Source of the DNA: Limisphaerales bacterium
GTDB taxonomy: Bacteria; Verrucomicrobiota; Verrucomicrobiia; Limisphaerales; SIBE01
Direction of reading: 5' to 3'
NCBI GenBank assembly: GCA_044225505.1
Contig: JBGAIN010000091.1
Coordinates: 1-32,669 of the forward strand
DNA length: 32,669 nt
Shown here: piece by piece, positions 1 through 7,852 of the stretch
Numbering within the stretch: position 1 is the stretch's first letter
How the letters are laid out: every line of letters starts with the position of its first letter
Notes under the pieces: generated by a model
The model's database searches: none
Seen by the model: the letters and a program-made list of their open reading frames with translations, nothing else
Told to the model about the DNA's origin: nothing
Position numbers and translations under genes: made by a program

Positions 1-1
1 G

Positions 2-622
2 CCATTTCGTGGCACCGAGAGCGAGTCCTGCTTCCCGAAAAGAGTCGGGGACAGCCTTGAGTGCGTCTTCTCCAATCGAGACGATGATAGGCACGCTCAT
101 CAGGGCGAGGATGATGCCGCCGTTCAGGACATTGACCCCTACGGGAGCGCCTGTGAGCTGGACGATCAGCTTGCTCATGGCGGTGAGGCCGATGAATCCC
201 CACACCACGCTGGGAATCGCCGCCAAGAGCTCGATGGTGATCTTCAGCGTCTCTTTCAATTTGCCCGTGCAGAACTCTGAAACGAAGATTGCCGCCCCAA
301 GCCCGAATGGGACGGCCAAGAGCATGGCCAGCGCGGTGACGCTGAAAGTGCCCACGAGCAAGGCAAACGTGCCATAGCGAACGTTATTGACGGATGTGGG
401 GTACCACTCGGAGTTGAATAGGAACTTGCCGACACTGAAGTGTTCACTCCCTAGCACTGGCGCAGCCTCACGAAATATGAAAAAGAAGATGGCAGCGACG
501 AACAGAACGGCGCTAATGCCGCTGGCGCGAATCAGCCATTCGAGCAATCGTTCCGCGGCAACCTCCCACGGAGCGCGCCGTGTTCTCGGGATCGGCGGTG
601 GGGAAGAGGGAATCGCGTTCAT
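2..622 (-). CDS. pstC: Phosphate ABC transporter permease PstC (partial, runs off left edge)
   Basis: Not in the ORF track. Manual translation from ATG at 622: MNAIPSS...LLVGTFSVTALAMLLAVPFGLGAAIFVSEF...IELLAAIPSVVWGFIG...IGEDALKAVPDSFREAGLALGATKW, with the PstC 'ELLAAIPSVV' segment and EAA loop. Directly downstream of pstS. Confidence 0.93.
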   Translation of the reverse strand, partial: MNAIPSSPPPIPRTRRAPWEVAAERLLEWLIRASGISAVLFVAAIFFFIFREAAPVLGSEHFSVGKFLFNSEWYPTSVNNVRYGTFALLVGTFSVTALAMLLAVPFGLGAAIFVSEFCTGKLKETLKITIELLAAIPSVVWGFIGLTAMSKLIVQLTGAPVGVNVLNGGIILALMSVPIIVSIGEDALKAVPDSFREAGLALGATKW

Positions 623-677
623 CGAACCGCCGCTCGGCGTCCTGGTGGCATGGACCGTAGCCTCACGTTGTTGCCGA

Positions 678-1634
678 TCACTGGTGACGGGCGGCCGCTG
701 GAATGGGGACGTATCCGGTGGCCTCGACGAGCTTTTGCCCTCCGTCGGTCATGAGCCAATCAACAAACTTTTTCACGGTGCCCTCGGGTTCACCCACGGT
801 GTAGACCTGGAGGGATCGGGCAATGGGGTAAGTCTTGTTTAGGGTGTTCTCCACCGTGGGCGGATAGGCTGGATCTCCTTCTTTGACGGCGACTTTGAGC
901 ATCTTGACCGCCGGTGTGGCGTAGCCCATCCCGCTATATCCGATCGCCGTCGGTGTGGAAGCCACCAATTCAACGACTTCTTTGGAGCCGTTCATATCGC
1001 GTGAACCGTTCTTGAAGTCCTTGTTCTTGAGGACATGCTCGCGGAGAAACTCGTAGGTTCCTGAACTTGATTGGCGGCTTACTCGAACGATGGTGTCGTC
1101 CTTGACACCGGGAATAGTGACTCCTAACTGAGACCATTTGGTGATCGTGCCCCCTTCCGCATAAATCTGGGCAATCAAATCGTCATTGATCTCGTTGAGG
1201 GGATTGTCCTTGTGCACGTAAATCGCCAGAGCATCGTAGCCGACCACGAATTCTTTCGGCTCTTTGCCGGTATTCTTCTTGGCTTGTTCGATTTCGGCGG
1301 GCTTCATGTTCCGGCTCGCCGTGGCAATGTCGATGGTGCCCTTGATCAGCGCGGCAATCCCCACGCCAGAACCGCCTCCGGAGACTTCCACGTTCACATC
1401 AGGCTGAACCTTTTTGTACTCTTCGGCCCACGCTTGCGCCAGGTTCACCATGGTGTCCGAGCCCTTGACTTGGATAGAATCAGACGAGGCAGGTGCCGTC
1501 GTTGAACTGGCCTTAGAGGACGTGGAGCTCTGATCCGAAGGGTTCTGGCCGCAGCCCGAAAGTGCCACGACGCAGCCCAGGAGTGAAAGGAGTGAGGAAG
1601 CGTGTGAGAGAAAGCGGATAGCAGTGCATTTCAT
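678..1634 (-). CDS. pstS: Phosphate ABC transporter substrate-binding lipoprotein PstS
   Basis: Lipobox LSG-C; motifs KGSDTM, GGGSGVG, ASR, RQSSSGT, YPIAR typical of PstS-like proteins; between phoU and pstC. Confidence 0.95.
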   Translation of the reverse strand: MKCTAIRFLSHASSLLSLLGCVVALSGCGQNPSDQSSTSSKASSTTAPASSDSIQVKGSDTMVNLAQAWAEEYKKVQPDVNVEVSGGGSGVGIAALIKGTIDIATASRNMKPAEIEQAKKNTGKEPKEFVVGYDALAIYVHKDNPLNEINDDLIAQIYAEGGTITKWSQLGVTIPGVKDDTIVRVSRQSSSGTYEFLREHVLKNKDFKNGSRDMNGSKEVVELVASTPTAIGYSGMGYATPAVKMLKVAVKEGDPAYPPTVENTLNKTYPIARSLQVYTVGEPEGTVKKFVDWLMTDGGQKLVEATGYVPIPAAARHQ

Positions 1635-1642
1635 AGAGTGTT

Positions 1643-2752
1643 TTACTTTGGTTGTGATCGATTGGATTGCACGATCGACGCGACTAAATCGTGGAGCTTT
1701 GCGGCCACGGTGGTGCGCGCCGTTGTCAAGGAAGCGAGCGCTGCGTCATCTGCTTGGCCTGGCGGACATGGATCGACTAGAAACCAGTCCAGTTGGACCG
1801 TTTTCCGCGGCATGGCCGGTAGTTGCCGCTTGGCCTCTGGCGAAAGGCAGATGACAATATCGTAGGCGGCAAGGTCGGCCGCCTGTGCTACGGCCTTGGG
1901 AGTCGGATCTGATACCGGGACGGCCGCACGTGCCAGGATTCGGAGCGCTTGCGGCGAGAGCGTTTGCGGTTGGATCCCAGCGCTGGCAAATTGAAACTCC
2001 GACGGGTGCACACTCAGAGCAACCGCTTCGCTGAGCCGTGCGAGGCAGCCGTGATTCTCGTCTACAAAGACAACCCGGTAAACGGGCGACCCGGTGTGTT
2101 TGGCGTATTCGCCAGTGCAAATGTAGAGGGTTTCCTGGCAAATTCCCTTCGCTTGATCGGAGACACGTTCAAAGCGCCGAGCCAGAGTCATGAGCGGAGT
2201 CAACGCGGCCAGTGGCATCTGATTGCTCTGGACCAGATGCATTAACTCGCTATTTACCTGGTTGCGCAAAGCGTCGACCTGCTCCTCGATTTGCGCGGTG
2301 AGGGAGGCCAATTCCGGGTCTTCCCGCACAAATGCCCGAATGGCATTTTCGAACATAGAGATGGAAGCCGACGAAATGTCGGTCAGCAACCCGGCGGGGA
2401 CGGGAGATTTGTAATCCAGCAGCTTGAGTATCTGCCGGGCCATGCTCTCGGCATAATCTCCGACCCGCTCCAGTTGGAAGTTAATCTGGAGCGCGGCCGA
2501 AACGAATCGCAGATGGGAACCGGCAGGTTGGTGGCGGAGAATAAATTCCAGACAGAGTTTGTCGATTGTCTTCTCGAAGTGATCCATCCGTTGATCCCGC
2601 AAGATAATCACGCCACACGCTTGGCGGTCTGCCTTGTCCAGGGCGGGCAGGCATTGACGCAGGGTTTCTGCGCCAAAACTCGCCATATCGGAAATCAGAA
2701 CGCGGATCTGTTCGGCGTCCCTCCGTAGGCTGGCCTCTAAGTGAGTCGTCAT
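1643..2752 (-). CDS. phoU: PhoU phosphate signalling protein with C-terminal degenerate ArsC/LMW-PTP-like domain
   Basis: Two PhoU repeats (ILRHQPAGSHLRF, LERVGDYAESMA, FERVSDQAKGIC), then a domain with VVFVD...FQFASAGI...YDIVICL...LDWFLVDP. Start set at ATG 2752 because the ORF-track extension runs through the Pho box. Confidence 0.88.
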   Translation of the reverse strand: MTTHLEASLRRDAEQIRVLISDMASFGAETLRQCLPALDKADRQACGVIILRDQRMDHFEKTIDKLCLEFILRHQPAGSHLRFVSAALQINFQLERVGDYAESMARQILKLLDYKSPVPAGLLTDISSASISMFENAIRAFVREDPELASLTAQIEEQVDALRNQVNSELMHLVQSNQMPLAALTPLMTLARRFERVSDQAKGICQETLYICTGEYAKHTGSPVYRVVFVDENHGCLARLSEAVALSVHPSEFQFASAGIQPQTLSPQALRILARAAVPVSDPTPKAVAQAADLAAYDIVICLSPEAKRQLPAMPRKTVQLDWFLVDPCPPGQADDAALASLTTARTTVAAKLHDLVASIVQSNRSQPK

Positions 2753-2778
2753 CGGCAATTGGAATGTGAGATTCGAAT

Positions 2779-2817
2779 GTGACAACGCCGTGGCACAATT
2801 GTAACGATTGGGTGACA
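2779..2817 (-). promoter_or_regulatory. Pho box array (four direct-repeat units, 11-bp period) upstream of phoU-pstS-pstC
   Basis: Minus strand reads TGTCAC-ccaat-CGTTAC-aattg-TGCCAC-ggcgt-TGTCAC (plus-strand unit starts 2812, 2801, 2790, 2779). Matches the PhoB CTGTCA(T/C) half-site spacing. Possible -10 CACATT 10 bp downstream. Confidence 0.8.
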
Positions 2818-2985
2818 TGCGGGGGACTCATTGAGACCTTTGGGGATCGCTTGGAACGTCGTTGGTCGCGCTGGAAATCGCTTGAGAACCACCTTCAGCC
2901 GAGCTCGCGATCTTTGCCTGCGCCAGGACCGATAAGTAACTTCCGCGGTTGCTCCGGTGGGGCCTAGGAGCGAAAGGAAACTAGG

Positions 2986-3672
2986 TTATTCGATGAAGCG
3001 ATAACCGACCCCGCGGATCGTATCTAGGTGTTTGGCGGCAGTCCCCAATTTCTCACGCAGCCGTCGGACGTGAGTATCCACGGTGCGGGTGTCGATCGGG
3101 CTGTGATACTCCCAGACGTCATTGAGGAGTTGCTCACGAGATTGCACCCGGCCGCATCGCTGCGCCATTAACGTAATCAGCTTGAACTCGGTCAGCGTGA
3201 GGTCAATCAACTTGCCCGCAACCGTGACTTCGTGTCGTGGAACGTTGATCATGATTTCGTCAAACCGCAGCAATTCCTTGTCGTCTCCAGTGGCTCGCGG
3301 GCGGAGTAGCTTTTTGATGCGAAGCAACAGTTCGCGAGGACTAAAAGGTTTTGTCACGTAATCGTCGGCCCCCAGTTCAAGTCCAAGAATGCGGTCTACC
3401 TCGGCGCTTTTGGCTGTGAGCATAATGATCGGTGTGGTCATCGTCTTCGAGTCTCGACGCAGGCTTCGACAGACCTCCAATCCGTCCATCCCGGGCAGCA
3501 TGACGTCTAACACGATTAAGTCGGGCAAAGTACTGCGAGCGGCTTGCAAGGCTTCAACTCCGTCAGCCGCGGTGATTACTTCCAGGCCCGCCTTTTTCAA
3601 ATTAAAGCTGACGAGTTCGATTGCGTCGGGTTCGTCGTCGACGATCAAGACCTTTGGTTTCCGCCATTCCAT
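2986..3672 (-). CDS. phoB: OmpR/PhoB-family response regulator, probably PhoB/PhoP
   Basis: Receiver domain (LIVDDE, LDVMLP, MLTAK, GADDYVTKPFS) plus winged helix (TLTEFKL, SREQLL, TRTVDTHVRRLREKL, TIRGVGY); adjacent to phoU-pst. Start at ATG 3672 preferred over 3747. Confidence 0.88.
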   Translation of the reverse strand: MEWRKPKVLIVDDEPDAIELVSFNLKKAGLEVITAADGVEALQAARSTLPDLIVLDVMLPGMDGLEVCRSLRRDSKTMTTPIIMLTAKSAEVDRILGLELGADDYVTKPFSPRELLLRIKKLLRPRATGDDKELLRFDEIMINVPRHEVTVAGKLIDLTLTEFKLITLMAQRCGRVQSREQLLNDVWEYHSPIDTRTVDTHVRRLREKLGTAAKHLDTIRGVGYRFIE

Positions 3673-3682
3673 AGTGTCGTGG

Positions 3683-3758
3683 AGAATACTGAGGAGTGGT
3701 CCGATAGTCAGGTTACGTTTCGGCAACAAAGGATCTGGATTTGTCACTCAACCGTAAC
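3683..3758 (-). promoter_or_regulatory. Putative phoB promoter with Pho-box-like repeats
   Basis: Minus strand CTGACT(3711-3706)-N17-TATTCT(3688-3683). Upstream are two 11-bp-spaced pairs, TGTTGC/CGTAAC (about 3712-3728) and plus-strand TGTCAC(3742)/CGTAAC(3753). Confidence 0.45.
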
Positions 3759-3857
3759 AAAGCGAAGAAGCGCACGTCTGGGAAGGGCCACGGATGAGAA
3801 GCGATGGTTTCACTGTGGACGGAACGCGGTTGAGACGCTCCAACCCGGCCCCAAAGC

Positions 3858-3945
3858 CGAAGCAACCCCGGACCAGGGCCGGTCATCGACCGGCTTTGGA
3901 GCGGCCTTGCACCGGCCTTGCACCGGCCTTGGTCCGAATGAACCA
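3858..3945. repeat. Degenerate 11-bp tandem repeat tract with nested inverted repeats
   Basis: Units: cgaagcaaccc, cggaccagggc, cggtcatcgac, cggctttggag, cggccttgcac, cggccttgcac, cggccttggtc, cgaatgaacca at an exact 11-bp period from 3858. Confidence 0.7.
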
Positions 3946-4187
3946 GGCCAGATTCGCGTTGTCGACGCACTGTCACGGCCTCACCGCACTCCCGCTATCT
4001 CGAATCCCATTTGCCCACCTGGCTGCCTTTCACGCTGCGCGAGGAAGGCCCGAGAGGGAAGCGCCTCCGTCGCGAAATGTCGCACACTGTGGGAGCAAAT
4101 TGTTCCCTTGCGCCAGCGCACAACGGGTAAAGGAAGACTTCTGCACAACCTGTTGTAAATGCCGGTTTAGTCGCTATGATAAGAAGG

Positions 4188-4430
4188 ATGAAACTCTTAC
4201 AAGCGGCCGGTCTTTCCGTATTGGCTGGTCTGTTGTTGCTCGCGTGTCAGACCCCTCGAGAGCATCCTCCCGTCTCGACGACGGCGCCGACCAGTTCCAC
4301 CGCTGCGTCCGAGCCGCGCGTAGCCGCGGCCTGTTCGCTGTGCGGTTGCGTGCATTTTGAACCGGAATCTGACAACGCGGACGTTTGCCGTATGTGCCAG
4401 CATTCGGTGAAAGATCATACGCGCCAATAG
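4188..4430 (+). CDS. Small lipoprotein with C-terminal Cys/His cluster
   Basis: MKLLQAAGLSVLAGLLLLA-C signal/lipobox, Ser/Thr/Pro linker, then CxxCxCxxF-x9-CxxCxH-x4-H. Alternative start at 4176. Confidence 0.7.
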   Translation: MKLLQAAGLSVLAGLLLLACQTPREHPPVSTTAPTSSTAASEPRVAAACSLCGCVHFEPESDNADVCRMCQHSVKDHTRQ

Positions 4431-4725
4431 GTTCCCGTTTCGTGGGGCACGGTTGCAGTTCGAGCCGAGGGCGACTCCAGGCTCACTCCGTGGGCGGCTA
4501 ACCGCTTGCGGCGGAACTCTCAATGAGAGAGCGGGAGAGCCGGCCTGCGCCCGGGGGGCCGAGGGAGCCATCAGGGCCATGGCCAGAAGCGGGTATTTTC
4601 CGCGGCGGGACGGAAAATCGCGGCCCTTCTGGCGGGTCTTTGGGAGGGAGGGGGGTGAGCTCTGTCTAAGGCACTTTCGGTGCGGTATGGAAGCTGCTGG
4701 GCTGTTTCGGAGTTTCGAGATAGAA

Positions 4726-6444
4726 ATGCACAGCCCGGTTTGCAGTGGCGGTAAAGGAGATGGCGCAACGGTTAGCCCGTTTCCAACTAATTTCCAATGG
4801 GCTCTCCAGGCATTGCGCGCCGGCCTGTTTCTAATCGCGCCAAGCCGAAATGGGGGCCACCTCGTCTGGGTCTCTGAACGCTTCTCCGAGATCACGCTCT
4901 ATCCGGAAGCCGAGGTAATTGGACAGAACCTGAGCGTGCTGTATGGCTCGAAGACATGCCCTTCCGTGGTATCGGCCGCAAATCGAGCCATTGTCAGCGG
5001 ACGTCATTTCCAAGGAGAGTTGCTTTGCTATCGGGCGGATGGAACGACGGTGTGGTGTCAATTAACGCTGGCCTCCAGTGCAGTGGAACAAGAAGAGGAC
5101 GGCCCACTCATTGGTGTTATTCTCGATGTCTCAGAGCAGAAAGCACGCGAAGAGGCTCTGCGTGTTTTGGAGATCAAACGGAGGGGCAGCTTCGAGAATG
5201 CGGTGGAAGGGATTTATCAAAGCACGCCCGAAGGCCGGTTCTTGGAAGTGAATCGGGCGTTGGCCCGAATGTACGGCTACGAGGATCCGGAGGACTTGCT
5301 CGCGCAGGTCCACGATATCCAGCAACAGGTCTATGTGGATCCGCGGATGCGAGATCGATTCAAGCAGGATATTGAGCGAACCGACGAAGTACGTGGCTTG
5401 GAATATCAAGTACGACGACGAGACGGCAAGATCTTTTGGATTTCGGAAAGTGCCCGCGCGGTGCGGGACAGCGACGGACGACTCTGCTATTACGAGGGCT
5501 TTATCCAGGACATTACGCAACGGAAGGAAGCCGAGATTGCGCTGCATCGTTCTCAGCAGAAATTGGTGGAAACCTCTCGTCAGATTGCGATGGCAGAAAT
5601 GGCTACCGGGATTCTGCATAATCTCGGGAACGCCTTAAACAGCATCACCGTCTCGACGACCACCGCTCTCGACTTGCTGCGCGAGTCAAAAGCATCCAAC
5701 GTTTCCAGAGTGGCGCAGATGCTGAATTCTCACGCTGACGACTTGGGTCGATTTCTAACCGAGGACAGCAAAGGTCAGCAAATCGCGGCTTTCCTGACTC
5801 AGTTAGGATGTCACCTCCAGGGCGAGCAACTTCACCTCAACGCGGAACTCGCTGCGCTTCGCAAGAGTGTCGAACATGCCAGCGGCATTTTGGCCATCCA
5901 GCAGAACTATGCGAAAACCTCCGATCCGTGCGAGGCTGTGTCCGTGGAGGGGTTGGTGGAAGATGCTCTACAGATGAACGCAAACGCTCTCACTCGCTCC
6001 AAAGTGGAGGTTGTCCGGGAATATGCCGCAGGCCTGCCTGTCGTCGTCGTCCCGAAGCACAAACTGCTGCAGATTCTGATGAATCTAATCCGCAACGCCT
6101 TACAGGCGTGCGTGGTTGTTGATCACGGGGAGAGACGGGTCACCGTTTCCATTCGATCCGCGCGCAAGAGGAAGTGGATTGAGATTGAAGTCCGAGATAC
6201 GGGCGTCGGGATGTCAGCAACCACTCTCTCGCATGTGTTTGACCACGGGTTTACGACGCGAAAGGACGGGCATGGTTTTGGCCTGCACAGCGGCCGCGTT
6301 ATCGCGCAAGAGCTTGGAGGAGAGTTGTCAGCCCGAAGCGATGGCGTGGGTTTAGGGGCGGCTTTCCTGTTGACCTTTCCGTGCCAGGTCGCCCCAAACC
6401 CTGGGACCGGCGTTTCTAAGGCGGCGTCGGTAACTGAACCGTAG
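4726..6444 (+). CDS. PAS-PAS sensor histidine kinase (NtrB/HupT-like kinase core)
   Basis: Two PAS/PAC domains, H-box ILHNLGNALNS, N-box NLIRNALQA, G1 DTGVGM, GFTTRKDGHGFGL. Start uncertain (4688 or 4726; ORF open from 4453). Confidence 0.9.
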   Translation: MHSPVCSGGKGDGATVSPFPTNFQWALQALRAGLFLIAPSRNGGHLVWVSERFSEITLYPEAEVIGQNLSVLYGSKTCPSVVSAANRAIVSGRHFQGELLCYRADGTTVWCQLTLASSAVEQEEDGPLIGVILDVSEQKAREEALRVLEIKRRGSFENAVEGIYQSTPEGRFLEVNRALARMYGYEDPEDLLAQVHDIQQQVYVDPRMRDRFKQDIERTDEVRGLEYQVRRRDGKIFWISESARAVRDSDGRLCYYEGFIQDITQRKEAEIALHRSQQKLVETSRQIAMAEMATGILHNLGNALNSITVSTTTALDLLRESKASNVSRVAQMLNSHADDLGRFLTEDSKGQQIAAFLTQLGCHLQGEQLHLNAELAALRKSVEHASGILAIQQNYAKTSDPCEAVSVEGLVEDALQMNANALTRSKVEVVREYAAGLPVVVVPKHKLLQILMNLIRNALQACVVVDHGERRVTVSIRSARKRKWIEIEVRDTGVGMSATTLSHVFDHGFTTRKDGHGFGLHSGRVIAQELGGELSARSDGVGLGAAFLLTFPCQVAPNPGTGVSKAASVTEP

Positions 6445-6610
6445 CTGGGGCTGGAATCTGCAAACGGGTCCCTCGATCGAGAATATAAAGGAATCCAGCA
6501 AAGAACAGCACCATCAGAAGGACGGCCCAAACCATCCATGCTCTTAAGCCATGGCGGAGGAGAAATCCTCGAAATCCGGCAAGCCTGGGATCGCGATTAA
6601 CTTTGGTCAC
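6416..6610 (-). CDS. Small single-pass membrane protein (64 aa)
   Basis: GGAGG Shine-Dalgarno 7 nt before the GTG start; basic N-terminus, one hydrophobic helix (WMVWAVLLMVLFFAGFLYIL), Pro-rich tail; overlaps the convergent kinase 3' end by 29 bp. Confidence 0.55.
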   Translation of the reverse strand: MTKVNRDPRLAGFRGFLLRHGLRAWMVWAVLLMVLFFAGFLYILDRGTRLQIPAPATVQLPTPP

Positions 6611-6719
6611 AAGTAAGCCTCCATTAATCTAGATTTACAACCGAGGCTCGCGACGATCAAGCCCCGGTCGCGTTGATAGGCTGCCGAGTTTGCTGGAGCC
6701 CGAAATCCGTCCAGCAGGG

Positions 6720-7505
6720 TTACACAGATTGTGTTCCGGCAAAGCGAGAGGGGCGGCGGGCTCGGGCCACCAGCCATCCCACCAAGACGGGCCAGAGAAT
6801 TGCTGGGATCACCGCGGACCCCATGGATCGGATTGCCATCGTCCAGGCAAAATCTACAGGACCTAGCGCTCTGCCAGCCAACGCTGCTGCGGCAGTAGAA
6901 CTGAGCAGGTTCACCGCAAACGCAAAGAAGACAACGAATCCGGCGGCAACCGGCTTGGATCTCATGGTGAGCCCCCATCGTTGCATATGCACCACGCCTT
7001 GTTGCCCCCACCGCCAGATGCATAAAAGCGCTCCGAATGCGACGGCCAGGTAAATAGCGATGGAGAGCGTGGAGAGGCCAGGAGTTGGCGCCGCGGTCCC
7101 TGAGAGTGCCAGAGACTCTGGCTGGGCCGACAAGGGCCAACCGAGCGCATTCGCCAAGGCGAGATACGCGACGGTGCAGAGCAAGCTGCACGTTGTGACT
7201 AATCCGGTAATCGATGAGATGACAACTAACCCGACGATCATCCACAGGGCCCGGTGCACCCAAAGTTGTTCTGGATGGCATTTCGCGTACTCGGCGCTGA
7301 GATCCTCTAACGTGCCGAGGCGGGCCCGTGCGACCCAAAAAGCCTCGGTCGGAGAAAGGCCCTTAGACTGCAAGGTTGAAAGGCTATCCCTAAGATGCGA
7401 CTCGAGTTCGTCTCTGTTTTCGCGTGTGAAGGCAGGGAAAGAGACGAGGCTTTCGCGCCAGTCTTGAATGGCGGTCTCTAGGTCAAAGCGGGCTGAGTTT
7501 TCCAT
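6720..7505 (-). CDS. Membrane protein with N-terminal 'permease prefix'/HAAS-like domain, PadR-associated
   Basis: N-terminal FDLETAIQDWR...DELESHLRDS...GLSPTEAFWVARARLG followed by about four TM helices; overlaps the padR 3' end. Confidence 0.8.
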   Translation of the reverse strand: MENSARFDLETAIQDWRESLVSFPAFTRENRDELESHLRDSLSTLQSKGLSPTEAFWVARARLGTLEDLSAEYAKCHPEQLWVHRALWMIVGLVVISSITGLVTTCSLLCTVAYLALANALGWPLSAQPESLALSGTAAPTPGLSTLSIAIYLAVAFGALLCIWRWGQQGVVHMQRWGLTMRSKPVAAGFVVFFAFAVNLLSSTAAAALAGRALGPVDFAWTMAIRSMGSAVIPAILWPVLVGWLVARARRPSRFAGTQSV

Positions 7506-7816
7506 AGTTTCGTGAGCACGGTGTGAACGGCCAACCATTGTTGTTTCTCTTCCTTAAGCGCGAGGCGCCCTGACTGTGCGATCCGATAGTACTTCCGTTT
7601 GCGACCGCTATCGGCTTCTCGCCATTCGGATTCGATCAGGCCTTTGTCCTCCATCCAGTGCAGGACGGGGTAGAGCATTCCTTCCGTCCAAACAATCTCA
7701 TCTTTGGACAAAGTTCGGACCCGTTGGATTAAGGCATAGCCGTAGGTGTCGCCCTCCATCAGAACGGAGAGGACGAGGGGAACGGTGCTAGCGGCGACAA
7801 GTTCTTTGGACACCAT
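7478..7816 (-). CDS. PadR-family transcriptional regulator
   Basis: YGYALIQ, EGMLYPVLHWME, GRKRKYYRI motifs; 112 aa from ATG 7816. Confidence 0.92.
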   Translation of the reverse strand: MVSKELVAASTVPLVLSVLMEGDTYGYALIQRVRTLSKDEIVWTEGMLYPVLHWMEDKGLIESEWREADSGRKRKYYRIAQSGRLALKEEKQQWLAVHTVLTKLWKTQPALT

Positions 7817-7822
7817 GGAGGG

Positions 7823-7852
7823 AGTATAGCCTAGCTCTGCTAGGTATGTCAA
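7823..7852 (-). promoter_or_regulatory. sigma70-type promoter of padR with palindromic operator in the spacer
   Basis: TTGACA(7852-7847)-N18-TATACT(7828-7823); inverted repeat CCTAGC-tct-GCTAGG at 7830-7844. Confidence 0.7.

Noticed and set aside
3858..3945. CRISPR array
   Set aside because: Units are 11 bp, contiguous and lack unique spacers; no cas genes in the window.
4386..4403. c-type heme attachment site in the small lipoprotein
   Set aside because: The motif is CRMCQH (CxxCxH), not CxxCH.
4431..4725. Riboswitch, sigma54 promoter or 90-aa N-terminal extension of the kinase
   Set aside because: GC-rich short hairpins only; no aptamer consensus recognised; GG/GC spacing near 4444-4456 does not fit -24/-12; the translated extension looks non-coding.
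4726..6444. PhoR or a LOV photoreceptor kinase
   Set aside because: H-box and architecture differ from PhoR (no TM region, ILHNLGN box); the photoactive Cys of GRNCRFLQ is absent.
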